From positions 1-63,502 of the forward strand of contig CAZFXN010000011.1 in assembly GCA_964523015.1 (NCBI GenBank): DNA of 63,502 bases, written 5' to 3'. The notes beneath the pieces are model-generated. The model saw only the letters and a list, made by a program, of their open reading frames with translations. It ran no database searches and had not been told where the DNA came from. A program made the translations under genes and the position numbers. Below, in pieces: positions 50,678 through 60,154 of this stretch. Numbering within the stretch: position 1 is the stretch's first letter; each line of letters opens with the position of its first letter. This stretch comes from an uncultured Bdellovibrionales bacterium. GTDB lineage: Bacteria > Bdellovibrionota_C > UBA2361 > J135.

Positions 50678-51472
50678 ATGGCTCCCAGTCTTAAAACAGC
50701 TCTAATTCAATGTTTACAATCCCTCTTAACTCCTATTATTAGGTTTTGCCTCCGCAATTCACTCGGGCTTAATGATATTCTTGAATGTGCCAAAGTTGTT
50801 TTTATAAAAGTTGCTTCAGATGAGTTTAAAGCAGCAGGAGAAGAGATAAATGTAAGTAGATTATCTGCGGCCACTGGTGTACATCGAAAAGATGCAGCGA
50901 GAATCTTTAAACATGGAGATACTAAGATTGAATCATCATACTTTGTGGCTAGAGTAGTTGGACAGTGGTTGAACCATAAAACTTTTAGCGCTGCACCAGG
51001 TAAACCTAAAATTCTTTCCTTTGAAGGGGATGATTCTCAATTCTATGATTTAGTAAGAACAATTGGGCTCGACCTTCGCCCAGGAACAGTACTTTTTGAT
51101 ATGGAGCGTGTCGGACTAGTGGAGCGAACTCCGCGTGGCCTAAAACTAAAAGCAAATACATTTGTACCAAAGGGAGCACCTCTTAATGAACTTAAAATGC
51201 TTGGTGAAGATGCTGAGGATTTTATGATGGCAGTTTTAGAGAATGTCTATGGCGGAGAGGAACGCAATAATATCCATGTTGTTACTGTCTACGATAATGT
51301 TGATGAAGCTGATTTAAAACGGATCAGGAAGTGGTTTGCTGATCAGGCAGCGTCCCTACATAAAAGATCCTGTAATTTCCTTTCTCGGTTTGATCTTGAT
51401 ATTAATTCACAGAAAAGTAAAAAGAAAAAAGGTGGACGTCGGGTTCTGATCGGGACCTTTACTCGAACGTAG
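50678..51472 (+). CDS. DUF6502-like protein (putative HTH regulator)
   Basis: LLTPIIRF, INVSRLSAATGVHRKD, RVVGQW, DLRPGTVL, V.YDNV. Confidence 0.7.
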   Translation: MAPSLKTALIQCLQSLLTPIIRFCLRNSLGLNDILECAKVVFIKVASDEFKAAGEEINVSRLSAATGVHRKDAARIFKHGDTKIESSYFVARVVGQWLNHKTFSAAPGKPKILSFEGDDSQFYDLVRTIGLDLRPGTVLFDMERVGLVERTPRGLKLKANTFVPKGAPLNELKMLGEDAEDFMMAVLENVYGGEERNNIHVVTVYDNVDEADLKRIRKWFADQAASLHKRSCNFLSRFDLDINSQKSKKKKGGRRVLIGTFTRT

Positions 51473-51539
51473 AGCTCAAACAGTGTCGATGCAAAGCAAA
51501 TTGGATTGCTTCTTTGATTCACAAACTATAAATCAATAA

Positions 51540-52229
51540 CTATTTACTCGCCTTATACAGATAAGCGATGCCAAACGTGGCTGGCTGACTTTCAGGCTTT
51601 ATAAAATTAAGTTCACTTAGAATTTCTTCAAAAGCTTTTCCACAGGGAAATGTTTTCGATGTTTGTGGCAGATAGGTATAGGCCGAACGGTTCCCGGTCA
51701 TTATTCCACCAATGATGGGGATAATGTATTTAGAATAAAAGTTATAAAACGATCTAAAAAGGAAATTTTTAGGTTGGCCAAATTCCAAAACAAGGAGAGT
51801 TCCATCAGGTGTTAAAACTCTCCGTATCTCACTAAGCCCTTGTTTTAGATCTTTAAAATTTCTAACCCCGAATGAAACTGTAACGATATCAAAAGAGGCA
51901 TCCTCAAATGGAAGGCTTGCTGCATCAGCCTGTACAAAATTATATCCCCTACCCTTATATTTTTCACGTCCGACATTGAGCATTGGCTCACAAAAATCGG
52001 CACCTGTAACATCACCAAATCTCTTTGCTAAAAGTGGTAAAAGATCCCCTGTACCGGTACAGAGATCTAAAACTTTTTTGCTATTATCTTGTGCAAGCAA
52101 TCTGACTAATCTAAACTTCCATAAATGGTGCATTCCAAAACTCAGCACGGTATTGGTGATATCGTAACGGCCTGCAATTGAGCCAAACATCTCCTTTACT
52201 TCTGTTGTAGTTGGTGAATACTGAGTCAT
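51540..52229 (-). CDS. ubiE: UbiE/MenG demethylmenaquinone methyltransferase
   Basis: MFGSIAGRYD..N..LSFGMH..WK, DLCTGTGD, SFGVRN, AYTYLPQT. Confidence 0.93.
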   Translation of the reverse strand: MTQYSPTTTEVKEMFGSIAGRYDITNTVLSFGMHHLWKFRLVRLLAQDNSKKVLDLCTGTGDLLPLLAKRFGDVTGADFCEPMLNVGREKYKGRGYNFVQADAASLPFEDASFDIVTVSFGVRNFKDLKQGLSEIRRVLTPDGTLLVLEFGQPKNFLFRSFYNFYSKYIIPIIGGIMTGNRSAYTYLPQTSKTFPCGKAFEEILSELNFIKPESQPATFGIAYLYKASK

Positions 52230-52357
52230 TTCAATAGATTAAATTTGAAACACATTGGTGATTTTCTGTCATAACAGATAAGTAAGCTTTATAGCGGAAT
52301 ATGTCACTAAATAGAAGCAAAGTTGATTTTTATTATAAGATTTTTAGAGGGTTAGAG

Positions 52358-53254
52358 ATGAGAAGCAGTTTAAAGGTTTTCCTTACCGCCTTAATTGTTC
52401 TTAGTTGCTTCCTTAGTGGTTGCACTAAAGAATCTTCTGACGATTCAAGTGATAACACGGAAAGCTCTGATAGCTCTTCCCCTCATAGTGAATCAGCCTC
52501 ATCCCCTTTAGTTAAATGTGGTGTTTTTACTGACGGTGCTTTTCAGCAAAATGTTCCCTTTGAGAAATCAGAGATCGTAAATGTCAAAGGAGTAGGATCT
52601 GATCTAGTTATAATAACTCGTACCACTGGAGAGCAAGCAAGAAATAGTCAGGTAGTTAAACTTCAAGGAACTACTTCTTCCGGCATCTCCTCAAGTAAAT
52701 CAAAGCGCGCCGCAGATTTTACAAACGCAAATGCTTCTTTTAATGCTTTATTTCTCCCGGCTAGTAATGATTGTACTGTCTCTCTACCTGATGGTGGTCT
52801 AGGGGTTTACGGTCATATCTTTACCCAAGATGGAAGAAGTCTAAACGAAATGTTAGTACAAAAAGGTTTAGCAAATCCTGAAGCTGGCATATGTGGTGGG
52901 GATGCTCTGGCAGGTTGCTATGCTGGATTACCAGTTGAAGAGGAATTATCAAATCAGGTAATTAATCGCTTCTTATGGAAACCGGTTTCAGAGAACGACG
53001 GCAAATTAGTTATTTTACATAATGCTTTTGGCGTAAACGCCTCAGTTGAAGGTGCATCATCTTCAATGTCTGGACATAATTCAGGACCGAGTAACGGCTT
53101 TAGCGCTACAGTCAGATATCCTTTATCTGGATGTGCTTACGGCAGTGCGACTGTTAGATTTTTTGATTCACTTGACCGTATAGTTCCACTTGCAAACGGA
53201 GAGACATCTCTTAAGATTAGCAATGGCTGTGATAGAACTGAGTTGAGGTTCTAG
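52358..53254 (+). CDS. Lipoprotein with degenerate thermonuclease-like segment
   Basis: Lipobox LSGC; VKLQG...YGHIFTQDGRSLNEMLVQKGLA; ATG 52358 chosen as start. Confidence 0.6.
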   Translation: MRSSLKVFLTALIVLSCFLSGCTKESSDDSSDNTESSDSSSPHSESASSPLVKCGVFTDGAFQQNVPFEKSEIVNVKGVGSDLVIITRTTGEQARNSQVVKLQGTTSSGISSSKSKRAADFTNANASFNALFLPASNDCTVSLPDGGLGVYGHIFTQDGRSLNEMLVQKGLANPEAGICGGDALAGCYAGLPVEEELSNQVINRFLWKPVSENDGKLVILHNAFGVNASVEGASSSMSGHNSGPSNGFSATVRYPLSGCAYGSATVRFFDSLDRIVPLANGETSLKISNGCDRTELRF

Positions 53255-53411
53255 ATACGGCTTTGTTAGCCTGCCTTAGACCGAGTCTTAGCTTGCTGTA
53301 ATCTGGTAGATATATTCGTGGGGGCACATAAAGGTATGATGTTTGTGAGCTCGAAGACCGACAAAGCTCCAAAAGGAACCCCTCCTATTAATTATATCCT
53401 GATTTGAGACC

Positions 53412-53446
53412 AAAAAAAAAAAGAGAAAGCCTCTCAGTGCTTTCTC
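53412..53446 (-). terminator. Intrinsic terminator on the minus strand with no upstream minus-strand CDS
   Basis: GAGAAAGC-N8-GCTTTCTC followed by T11 on the minus strand. Confidence 0.75.
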
Positions 53447-53790
53447 AACATTACTATCTGTTCCCTGTGTTCATTCACACATGGACTAACGAAATTGTAG
53501 GAACGGAACGCAATAAGCGATATAGGATCAACGAGATCCTGAAAGAGAAACCTCATATCAACCTGGAAAACCAGCTTGGTTGTGGGGTTCCTTCACTCAT
53601 CATTGCTGTACAACTATCAGTGAAGAAACCCTAACCAAACATATGCTGATCCTAGGACATAAAAACCTAGCGTAACCACAGAAAAAACCTAATTTAACCG
53701 GGTCCACACTTACAGCGTCCGTTCCATTAAGACGAGGCGTATCTTAATGCAGAGGGCGCATGACTGATGCCTAGGCAAAAAACGTCCCTA
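53412..53790 (-). ncRNA. Putative ~380-nt structured non-coding RNA, family unknown
   Basis: Dense hairpins, a long-range stem, own terminator, sigma28-like TTAA-N16-GTCGACAA upstream; no credible ORF. Confidence 0.45.
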
Positions 53791-53830
53791 TTGATATTGT
53801 CGACATAGTTTTTAATTAAGTTAAGTCGAT

Positions 53831-54685
53831 GTGCAGAAATTAATAGTCAATATTCTTGAGGGATTAGCTATTCTTTTAGGCCCTATATTTGGGGCAAAAA
53901 TTAGTATCGCTTATGGCGAAACCGCTCAGTTAGAGCTTTACCTAACATTCCTACTCTCATTTTTGTGCTGGATAGCAACAGACCGGTTATGTTTTATATA
54001 CCTCTCCACTGGACAAAGTAGCGAGGGAGTTGGAAAGAAGAAAGATAAAACAAAAAAAGCGCCTCTTAGTCGTTCTAATTTTGGAATAATTACCTCCCTA
54101 ATTATCTCCGCTTTTTTCTCCTTAGGAATCTTACACCTCTTACAAACAAAGAGTGAGCAATTTTTCTTTCACTTAGTACTTTTGGCACTCTCGCTTCATA
54201 GTATCTCGTCAATTGCTAACCAAAGAGGTTTATTTTGGATCTGGTTAATTACTAGAGGGTGTTACAATTCCTTGGTTGGTGCCCTAGGATTTATGGTAGT
54301 GACTCAGCAGTTTTACTGGCAACCATTTGTAATCTCAATTGGATACTCCTTAATGATCGGGGCTCTTCATCTCTCTCACTTTAACTTCTTAGGAAAGATC
54401 TCTTCAACTAAACATTTAGTGACTATTTACTCAGGACTTCTTTTTTTAGGGCCAGTTGTTATATCGTCACTTGCTGTCTTTAGGGAGCTTCCTAAAAACT
54501 ATATCTTTATCCTAGTCGTACTTTTTCTTGCTCAAAGATTCCCTGCCATCTTTAAAGAGCTTTTAAAGTTATTTTCAAGTAAGGGAGCGGCCCCTACTGA
54601 TAGAAGGGATAAATTTGTATCAGCTAATGCTGGTATAATTGCTGCTTTACTCCTAATTGTTGCACTTTTAACTACATTCTCTTAG
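53831..54685 (+). CDS. Hypothetical polytopic membrane protein
   Basis: About 8-9 hydrophobic segments; no recognised motif. Confidence 0.65.
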   Translation: MQKLIVNILEGLAILLGPIFGAKISIAYGETAQLELYLTFLLSFLCWIATDRLCFIYLSTGQSSEGVGKKKDKTKKAPLSRSNFGIITSLIISAFFSLGILHLLQTKSEQFFFHLVLLALSLHSISSIANQRGLFWIWLITRGCYNSLVGALGFMVVTQQFYWQPFVISIGYSLMIGALHLSHFNFLGKISSTKHLVTIYSGLLFLGPVVISSLAVFRELPKNYIFILVVLFLAQRFPAIFKELLKLFSSKGAAPTDRRDKFVSANAGIIAALLLIVALLTTFS

Positions 54686-54723
54686 TCTATACCGAGCGAT
54701 ACGAACAACTATTTGGAGGCTCT

Positions 54724-55491
54724 ATGAAGTATCATTTGAACATGTCAAGTTTGCTTTTTTGTACAGTATTTTTCTTTAACTCTCTCTCAAGTGCCGCACC
54801 GTCAGAGGTTAAGGTAAATCCAAAATCGTTAGAGCTAAATGAGAAAGGCGCGGTGGCGATGCAAGCTCATGATAACGAAGGTGCAGAGAAGTTATTTAAG
54901 CAGGCTTATGATATAGACCCTTCAAATATTACTGCAGCTTACAATTTAGCTGGATCCTATGTTGCAAATAAAAAGGAGAGCGAAGCGATTAAACTTTTAT
55001 CTGGGATCGCTAAAAGCAACCCTAAAGATGCTGGTATCTACGCTCGCCTTGGAGATGCTCATTTTTCAAACCAGAATGTTAACGAAGCACGGAATGCTTA
55101 TGAAAAAGCATACGCCCTTGATTCTAACTATCCATCAATCCCAATGAAACTTGGGGTAATCTATTCAATGAATAATAAATTGAATAAGGCTGAGAAGATG
55201 CTAGAAAAAGCAGTAGAGCAAAATCCAGAGGATTCAAAAACATTGGCTAATCTTGCCTCTGTACTTTTAGCAAATAAAAAACCGGAAGAAGCCATTCGAG
55301 CGGCTAAGAAAAGCTTGCAGGGTAAGGTTGCTGCTGATACTTACATTACACTTGGACAATCCTACGATAGCATCAAGGAAGCTAAGAATGCTTTAATCTC
55401 TTATGAAAAGGCGATGGCCCTTGGCAAAAGTACTCCTGAATTACTTACTAGAGTAAAAGAGCTAAAAGAGTTTGTTGCTAAACAGGGTTAA
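54724..55491 (+). CDS. Secreted TPR-repeat protein
   Basis: Signal peptide; repeated TPR consensus (AYNLA, IYARLG, TLANLA, YITLG). Confidence 0.88.
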   Translation: MKYHLNMSSLLFCTVFFFNSLSSAAPSEVKVNPKSLELNEKGAVAMQAHDNEGAEKLFKQAYDIDPSNITAAYNLAGSYVANKKESEAIKLLSGIAKSNPKDAGIYARLGDAHFSNQNVNEARNAYEKAYALDSNYPSIPMKLGVIYSMNNKLNKAEKMLEKAVEQNPEDSKTLANLASVLLANKKPEEAIRAAKKSLQGKVAADTYITLGQSYDSIKEAKNALISYEKAMALGKSTPELLTRVKELKEFVAKQG

Positions 55492-55569
55492 ATAAAAGCG
55501 TGTTAATAAAAAGTGAGCCTTGAGTTACTAACTTATAAAGAACAATTCTGACTAAATTAAGGTGATTAA

Positions 55570-57090
55570 GTGGCTGATTCTGAGCTGATGCAAAAGGTGA
55601 TCTCGCTTTGTAAGAGGCGAGGTTTTGTATTTCAAAGTAGTGAGATTTATGGTGGCCTAAAAAGTGCCTATGATTACGGCCCACTTGGGGTCGAGCTAAA
55701 GAGAAATATCGCTTCAGAGTGGTGGTCTGCTGTAGTACATCAAAGAGAAGATGTTATTGGACTTGATGCCTCGATCGTTATGCATCCTAATGTTTGGCGG
55801 GCCAGTGGTCATTTAGCCGGATTTTCAGATCCCTTGGTTGATTGTAGAAACTGTAAAGAGCGATTTAGAGCAGACAAAGCTCCTAAGGCAGATCCCGGTT
55901 GCTCTGTTACATATATAAAAGGTGGCAAAGATAAGGGTGAAAAGATTAAGGGAATTGTCTCAGATAAAGGATATATTTGCCCGACTTGCGGAAGCTCAGA
56001 TCTCTCTGATGAGCGACAATTTAATTTAATGTTTAGAACTTCGTTAGGTCCGGTTGATCCGATTGAAAAAATAATTGATCAAATCACATCGACCGAAGAG
56101 AAACTTTCACGAAAAGATCTAAGAGCAAAAATTGAAGAAGCCGTCGCTGAAAGTGCCGTTTACCTTAGACCTGAAACTGCCCAGGCTATGTTTGTACAGT
56201 TTTTAAATTGCCAACAAACTATGTCAATGAAGGTCCCCTTTGGCATCGCCCAGCAGGGTAAATCATTTAGAAATGAAATTACCGTTGAGCATTTTATCTT
56301 TCGATCATGCGAATTTGAGCAGATGGAGATGGAGTATTTTATTGAACCAGGAACTCATGTTGAATGGTTAGATTATTGGTGTAAGGAACGGATGAGCTGG
56401 TGGACAAAATATGCCAATAAAAAAGATGACTTTATGCTTCGTCAACATGCTCCTGAGGAACTAGCTCACTATTCATCTGACTGTTACGATGTTGAGTACA
56501 GATACCCTTGGGGCTGGGGTGAACTTGAAGGGATTGCATCACGCACCGATTACGATCTTAAAAAACATACTGAACACTCTGGTGTTAAACTTAGCTATTT
56601 TGATCAGAACAAAAACGATCCTGAAACAGGAAAACCTGGTTGGAGATATGTCCCTTACGTTATTGAACCGGCTGCTGGATTAACCCGGGCAGTCCTCTGT
56701 TTCCTACTTGATGCCTACTTTGAGGAATCAGGAGTCGATGCTGATGGCAAAGAGAAGACAAGGGTAATATTAAAACTGCACCCTAGATTAGCTCCTATAA
56801 AAGTAGCTGTTTTACCACTAGTGAAAAAAGATGGCCTTCCAGAGATAGGACGAGATATCGTAGCGAAATTTTTTAAAGCCGGAATGAGTGCTAGCTATGA
56901 TGAACAGCAATCTATTGGCAAGCGGTACGCGCGGCACGATGAAGCAGGTACTCCGTATTGCTTAACTATCGATCACCAAACAGCTCAAGATCAAACTGTA
57001 ACGATAAGAGATCGTGATACAACTAAGCAGGAAAGAATAAGTATTGAAAGTGCCCTAGAAGTTGTAAAAAATAGATTAGCTGAATCTTAG
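55570..57090 (+). CDS. glyQS: Glycine--tRNA ligase (alpha2, eukaryote/archaea-type)
   Basis: CKRRGFVFQSSEIYGG, YLRPETAQ, GKSFRNEI, EFEQMEME, PYVIEP, anticodon-binding domain. Confidence 0.96.
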   Translation: MADSELMQKVISLCKRRGFVFQSSEIYGGLKSAYDYGPLGVELKRNIASEWWSAVVHQREDVIGLDASIVMHPNVWRASGHLAGFSDPLVDCRNCKERFRADKAPKADPGCSVTYIKGGKDKGEKIKGIVSDKGYICPTCGSSDLSDERQFNLMFRTSLGPVDPIEKIIDQITSTEEKLSRKDLRAKIEEAVAESAVYLRPETAQAMFVQFLNCQQTMSMKVPFGIAQQGKSFRNEITVEHFIFRSCEFEQMEMEYFIEPGTHVEWLDYWCKERMSWWTKYANKKDDFMLRQHAPEELAHYSSDCYDVEYRYPWGWGELEGIASRTDYDLKKHTEHSGVKLSYFDQNKNDPETGKPGWRYVPYVIEPAAGLTRAVLCFLLDAYFEESGVDADGKEKTRVILKLHPRLAPIKVAVLPLVKKDGLPEIGRDIVAKFFKAGMSASYDEQQSIGKRYARHDEAGTPYCLTIDHQTAQDQTVTIRDRDTTKQERISIESALEVVKNRLAES

Positions 57091-57116
57091 CCGAATTTTA
57101 TTGAGGGCATCGCTTA

Positions 57117-58496
57117 ATGATACAGGCATTGATCGAGATAGTTGGAAAAGACTATGTGCTGACTAGCTCTGAAGATAAAGAATTCTATGGAAAGGATCGC
57201 CTTAAAGGGACAACTCCAAATCCACTAGCTATTGTAAAACCAAAAACTATAGAGGAAGTTCAAAAAGTTGTCTTGCTCTGCCATGATCAAAAGATTGCGA
57301 TTGTACCTTCAGGCGGACGAACAGGGTATGCCGGTGGTGCTTTAGCTATGAATGGTGAAGTGGTTCTTTCATTAGAGAGGATGAATCGTATTCTTTCAGT
57401 TAATCAAATAGATCGCACCATTATTACTGAGCCCGGTGTTTTTCTAAGTCAGATTCATGATGCCGCTAAGGGTGTTGGTTTATATTATCCGGTTGACCTT
57501 TCGTCACGGGGTTCATGTCATATTGGTGGGACGATTGCTACTAATGCTGGAGGCATAAGGGTCATTCGGTATGGACTTACTAGAGATTGGGTTTTAGGAC
57601 TAAAAGTAGTTCTAGCTAACGGCGAATTAATGACGATTAATGGCTCTCTTTATAAAAATCAAACTGGATACGACTTAAGGCAGTTATTTATTGGCAGTGA
57701 GGGAACTCTAGGAATAATTGTTGAAGCCACTTTAAAACTTACAGTTCCATCAAAGCCCGGCACTGTTGTTTTATTTGGCACTGACTCAACTGATTCAATA
57801 CTTAAACTTTTAGATCTAAGTAAAAAGTATTCACTCTCCCTTTTGGCATTTGAAACATTTGATACTGAATCCATTAATTTAGTAATTACTAATGCAAAGC
57901 TAAAAAATCCGTGGAAACAAGGCTATCCAGCCTATGCATTAATAGAGGTTGAAACCTTTGATAATACTACTAACGAGATAGAACTTTTTTTTGAAGATGC
58001 AATTAAGTTAGGAATTGTAAAAGACGCCCTACTTGCTACAAATGAAACTCAGTATAAGACATTTTGGTCTTATCGAGAATTGATCAGTGAAGTGATCTCA
58101 AAACATGAGTACCCTCATAAAAATGATATCTCTGTCCCTGTTTCAAATCTTCCTCAGTTTATTGAACAAGCCCAGATAACTCTTAAGAAACATTACCCAA
58201 CTTTTAGAATGGCGATCTTTGGTCATATCGGAGACGGAAATCTTCATATTAATATTTTAAAGCCAAATGATTTAAAAATCTTTGATTTTCATACTGAATG
58301 TAAAAAAGTTGATGAACATTTGTTTTCCCTAGTTAAGAAATTTAATGGTAGTATATCAGCTGAGCATGGAATTGGTGTTCAAAAGAGAGATTTCTTACAT
58401 TATTCACGATCAGAGACTGAGATCTCTTTAATGCGATCAATAAAAAAAGTTATGGATCCAGACAGGATTTTAAATCCTGGAAAGATGCTATCTTGA
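57117..58496 (+). CDS. FAD-binding oxidoreductase (GlcD / D-2-hydroxyglutarate dehydrogenase-like)
   Basis: PSGGRTGYAGG, ATNAGG, IGSEGTLGI, GHIGDGNLH, SAEHGIG, LNPGK. Confidence 0.9.
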   Translation: MIQALIEIVGKDYVLTSSEDKEFYGKDRLKGTTPNPLAIVKPKTIEEVQKVVLLCHDQKIAIVPSGGRTGYAGGALAMNGEVVLSLERMNRILSVNQIDRTIITEPGVFLSQIHDAAKGVGLYYPVDLSSRGSCHIGGTIATNAGGIRVIRYGLTRDWVLGLKVVLANGELMTINGSLYKNQTGYDLRQLFIGSEGTLGIIVEATLKLTVPSKPGTVVLFGTDSTDSILKLLDLSKKYSLSLLAFETFDTESINLVITNAKLKNPWKQGYPAYALIEVETFDNTTNEIELFFEDAIKLGIVKDALLATNETQYKTFWSYRELISEVISKHEYPHKNDISVPVSNLPQFIEQAQITLKKHYPTFRMAIFGHIGDGNLHINILKPNDLKIFDFHTECKKVDEHLFSLVKKFNGSISAEHGIGVQKRDFLHYSRSETEISLMRSIKKVMDPDRILNPGKMLS

Positions 58497-58504
58497 TATT
58501 GCTT

Positions 58505-58547
58505 TGTTGATTTTTTCTGTGTTGATTTTTGCTCTGTTGATTTTTTT
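58505..58547. repeat. Three 15-nt-period direct repeats
   Basis: TGTTGATTTTT at 58505, 58520 and 58535. Confidence 0.75.
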
Positions 58548-58555
58548 ATAAAGTA

Positions 58556-60136
58556 ATGAAGTATATTTTTTTTCTACTATCTTTACTCCTTTTTTTGTCA
58601 CCGTTGACAGGGTGTGAGGATGCCCCGCCTGAACAATCTTCTCATAATCCTTCTCATAATCCTTCTAATGAGAGATCAATTGAGTTAGCTAATCTTAACC
58701 ATAAAGAGATAAGTAGTTTAACCTCCAAGAACAAGGACTCCCAAACATTAAACAGTAACGCTTTAGAAACTAAGCCCTTTGAATCAGCAAAAGCTTTTGA
58801 AAAAGCATTGCAACCAGAATTAAGAAAACTAATCTCTGATATTCCTTCAACGAGTGAAAAAAGTGATGAAATAAAAAAGCAGGATTCGAAACAAAGTCCA
58901 GAAAATTCCATTACTACCCCTGAAGATGTAGCAAAAGTGATTGAGAATGCACGGGATGAAAAAGCAGTCACAGAAGCAATTAATAGCGCCTTTAAAGAAG
59001 CTCATACTCAGGACCAACAGGATTCGCCTCCTATATTTGAAGGAGCTTCCCCCTTTAATCCCCTTTTTAATGAAGATGATCTTTCTAAGATTACTGCTCT
59101 TAGTTCAAATTCTGCTAGTTCATCTCCCAAAGCTCGCCAAAAATTTAATCCTGGAGTCAGGGTCCCTAACCAGCAGCAACCATCAACAACCGCTCCTCTT
59201 TCGGGAGGTTTTGATTTTACTGGCAAAGGAAATGTTGGCAGTCCTTCTGACGAATCATTAAATTTAAACCCCGTCTCTGGTCAAGCTCGTGGGTATTCCA
59301 TGTTTTATCTTATGCATCCAAGAGCACGACAGACCGTTGAGAAACAGATTACTGCTCTTATTAGATCAAATGTTCAAGAGGTTTTCCTGGGTGTCTTGAC
59401 TGATGGAACTTTTGGAAAAGACTTTGGCTATCTAAATTCAATCTTATCACGCATAGCAAGTGCTGGCAGGAGAATCTACTTAACTCTTTATCTAACAAAC
59501 GGCCCTACGATGAGAGTATATGATATTACTCCGATTAAGGTTGGGTTTAATAATATAGAGCCTGGGGCTTTTAGAAATTTAATCAGATTCAATCCTGAAA
59601 CTCAGTCAAAATTTAAAACCATGGCACAAGAGGTCCTTCAAGTCCTTAATCACAATAGACAGTTAGGTGCGCTAAATAAAAATTACGTATCTGTAATGCT
59701 TGAAGATAACCTTGATGGGAACTCTTACCAAGCCATGCGAGAGTTAGCAAAAACGATCATAGGAGATCGAGCTCAATTTATAAGAAGCCCGTGTCCTGGA
59801 TGTTATCAAGGAAATACCGCTGAGAGTCTAGGTAATCAGGTTGAACTTCATGCTCAACAAAACATATCAAACCTGACTAATGGGGATGGCTTTTCTTTTG
59901 ATGGCTTTCAGTTTCTCTATCCACAAGAAGATGGAGTAGGTATCACCTATGAATCAGCAACGGGATTAGCAACACAAGCAAAGGATCAAGGTCTTTCGTA
60001 TTTCGGTCTCTGGAGAGCTAATTGGCAGGGGTTACAAAATGGCCCGCTAGTGCACCCAGACAACCGTCCTTATCACATCCCTACAGATGAAGAGTTAGAG
60101 TTTGACATCTCATTACTTCGTTACGGCCTAAACTAA
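58556..60136 (+). CDS. Hypothetical lipoprotein (disordered N-terminal half, globular alpha/beta C-terminal half)
   Basis: Lipobox LTGC; S/P/Q-rich region, then a folded domain (LYLTNGP, MLEDNL, SFDG, FGLWR). Confidence 0.7.
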   Translation: MKYIFFLLSLLLFLSPLTGCEDAPPEQSSHNPSHNPSNERSIELANLNHKEISSLTSKNKDSQTLNSNALETKPFESAKAFEKALQPELRKLISDIPSTSEKSDEIKKQDSKQSPENSITTPEDVAKVIENARDEKAVTEAINSAFKEAHTQDQQDSPPIFEGASPFNPLFNEDDLSKITALSSNSASSSPKARQKFNPGVRVPNQQQPSTTAPLSGGFDFTGKGNVGSPSDESLNLNPVSGQARGYSMFYLMHPRARQTVEKQITALIRSNVQEVFLGVLTDGTFGKDFGYLNSILSRIASAGRRIYLTLYLTNGPTMRVYDITPIKVGFNNIEPGAFRNLIRFNPETQSKFKTMAQEVLQVLNHNRQLGALNKNYVSVMLEDNLDGNSYQAMRELAKTIIGDRAQFIRSPCPGCYQGNTAESLGNQVELHAQQNISNLTNGDGFSFDGFQFLYPQEDGVGITYESATGLATQAKDQGLSYFGLWRANWQGLQNGPLVHPDNRPYHIPTDEELEFDISLLRYGLN

Positions 60137-60154
60137 AATACAAATAAAATAAAG

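Noticed and set aside
53310-53400. Possible c-di-GMP-II riboswitch (GGGCAC...GAGCT...ACCGAC) or tmRNA 5' end (GGGGGC)
   Set aside because: Lacks the GTGCAACC pseudoknot partner and the GAAAC/TGA kink-turn; no tRNA-like T-arm or CCA end found.
53404-53634. 76-aa plus-strand ORF in the structured gap
   Set aside because: TTG start, runs through the A11 tract and terminator hairpin, no protein-like features.
53670-53725. RNase P RNA-like words (ACAGAA, CTTAC)
   Set aside because: The universal GAGGAAAGTCC and AACCCGGCTTA P4 strands are absent on both strands.
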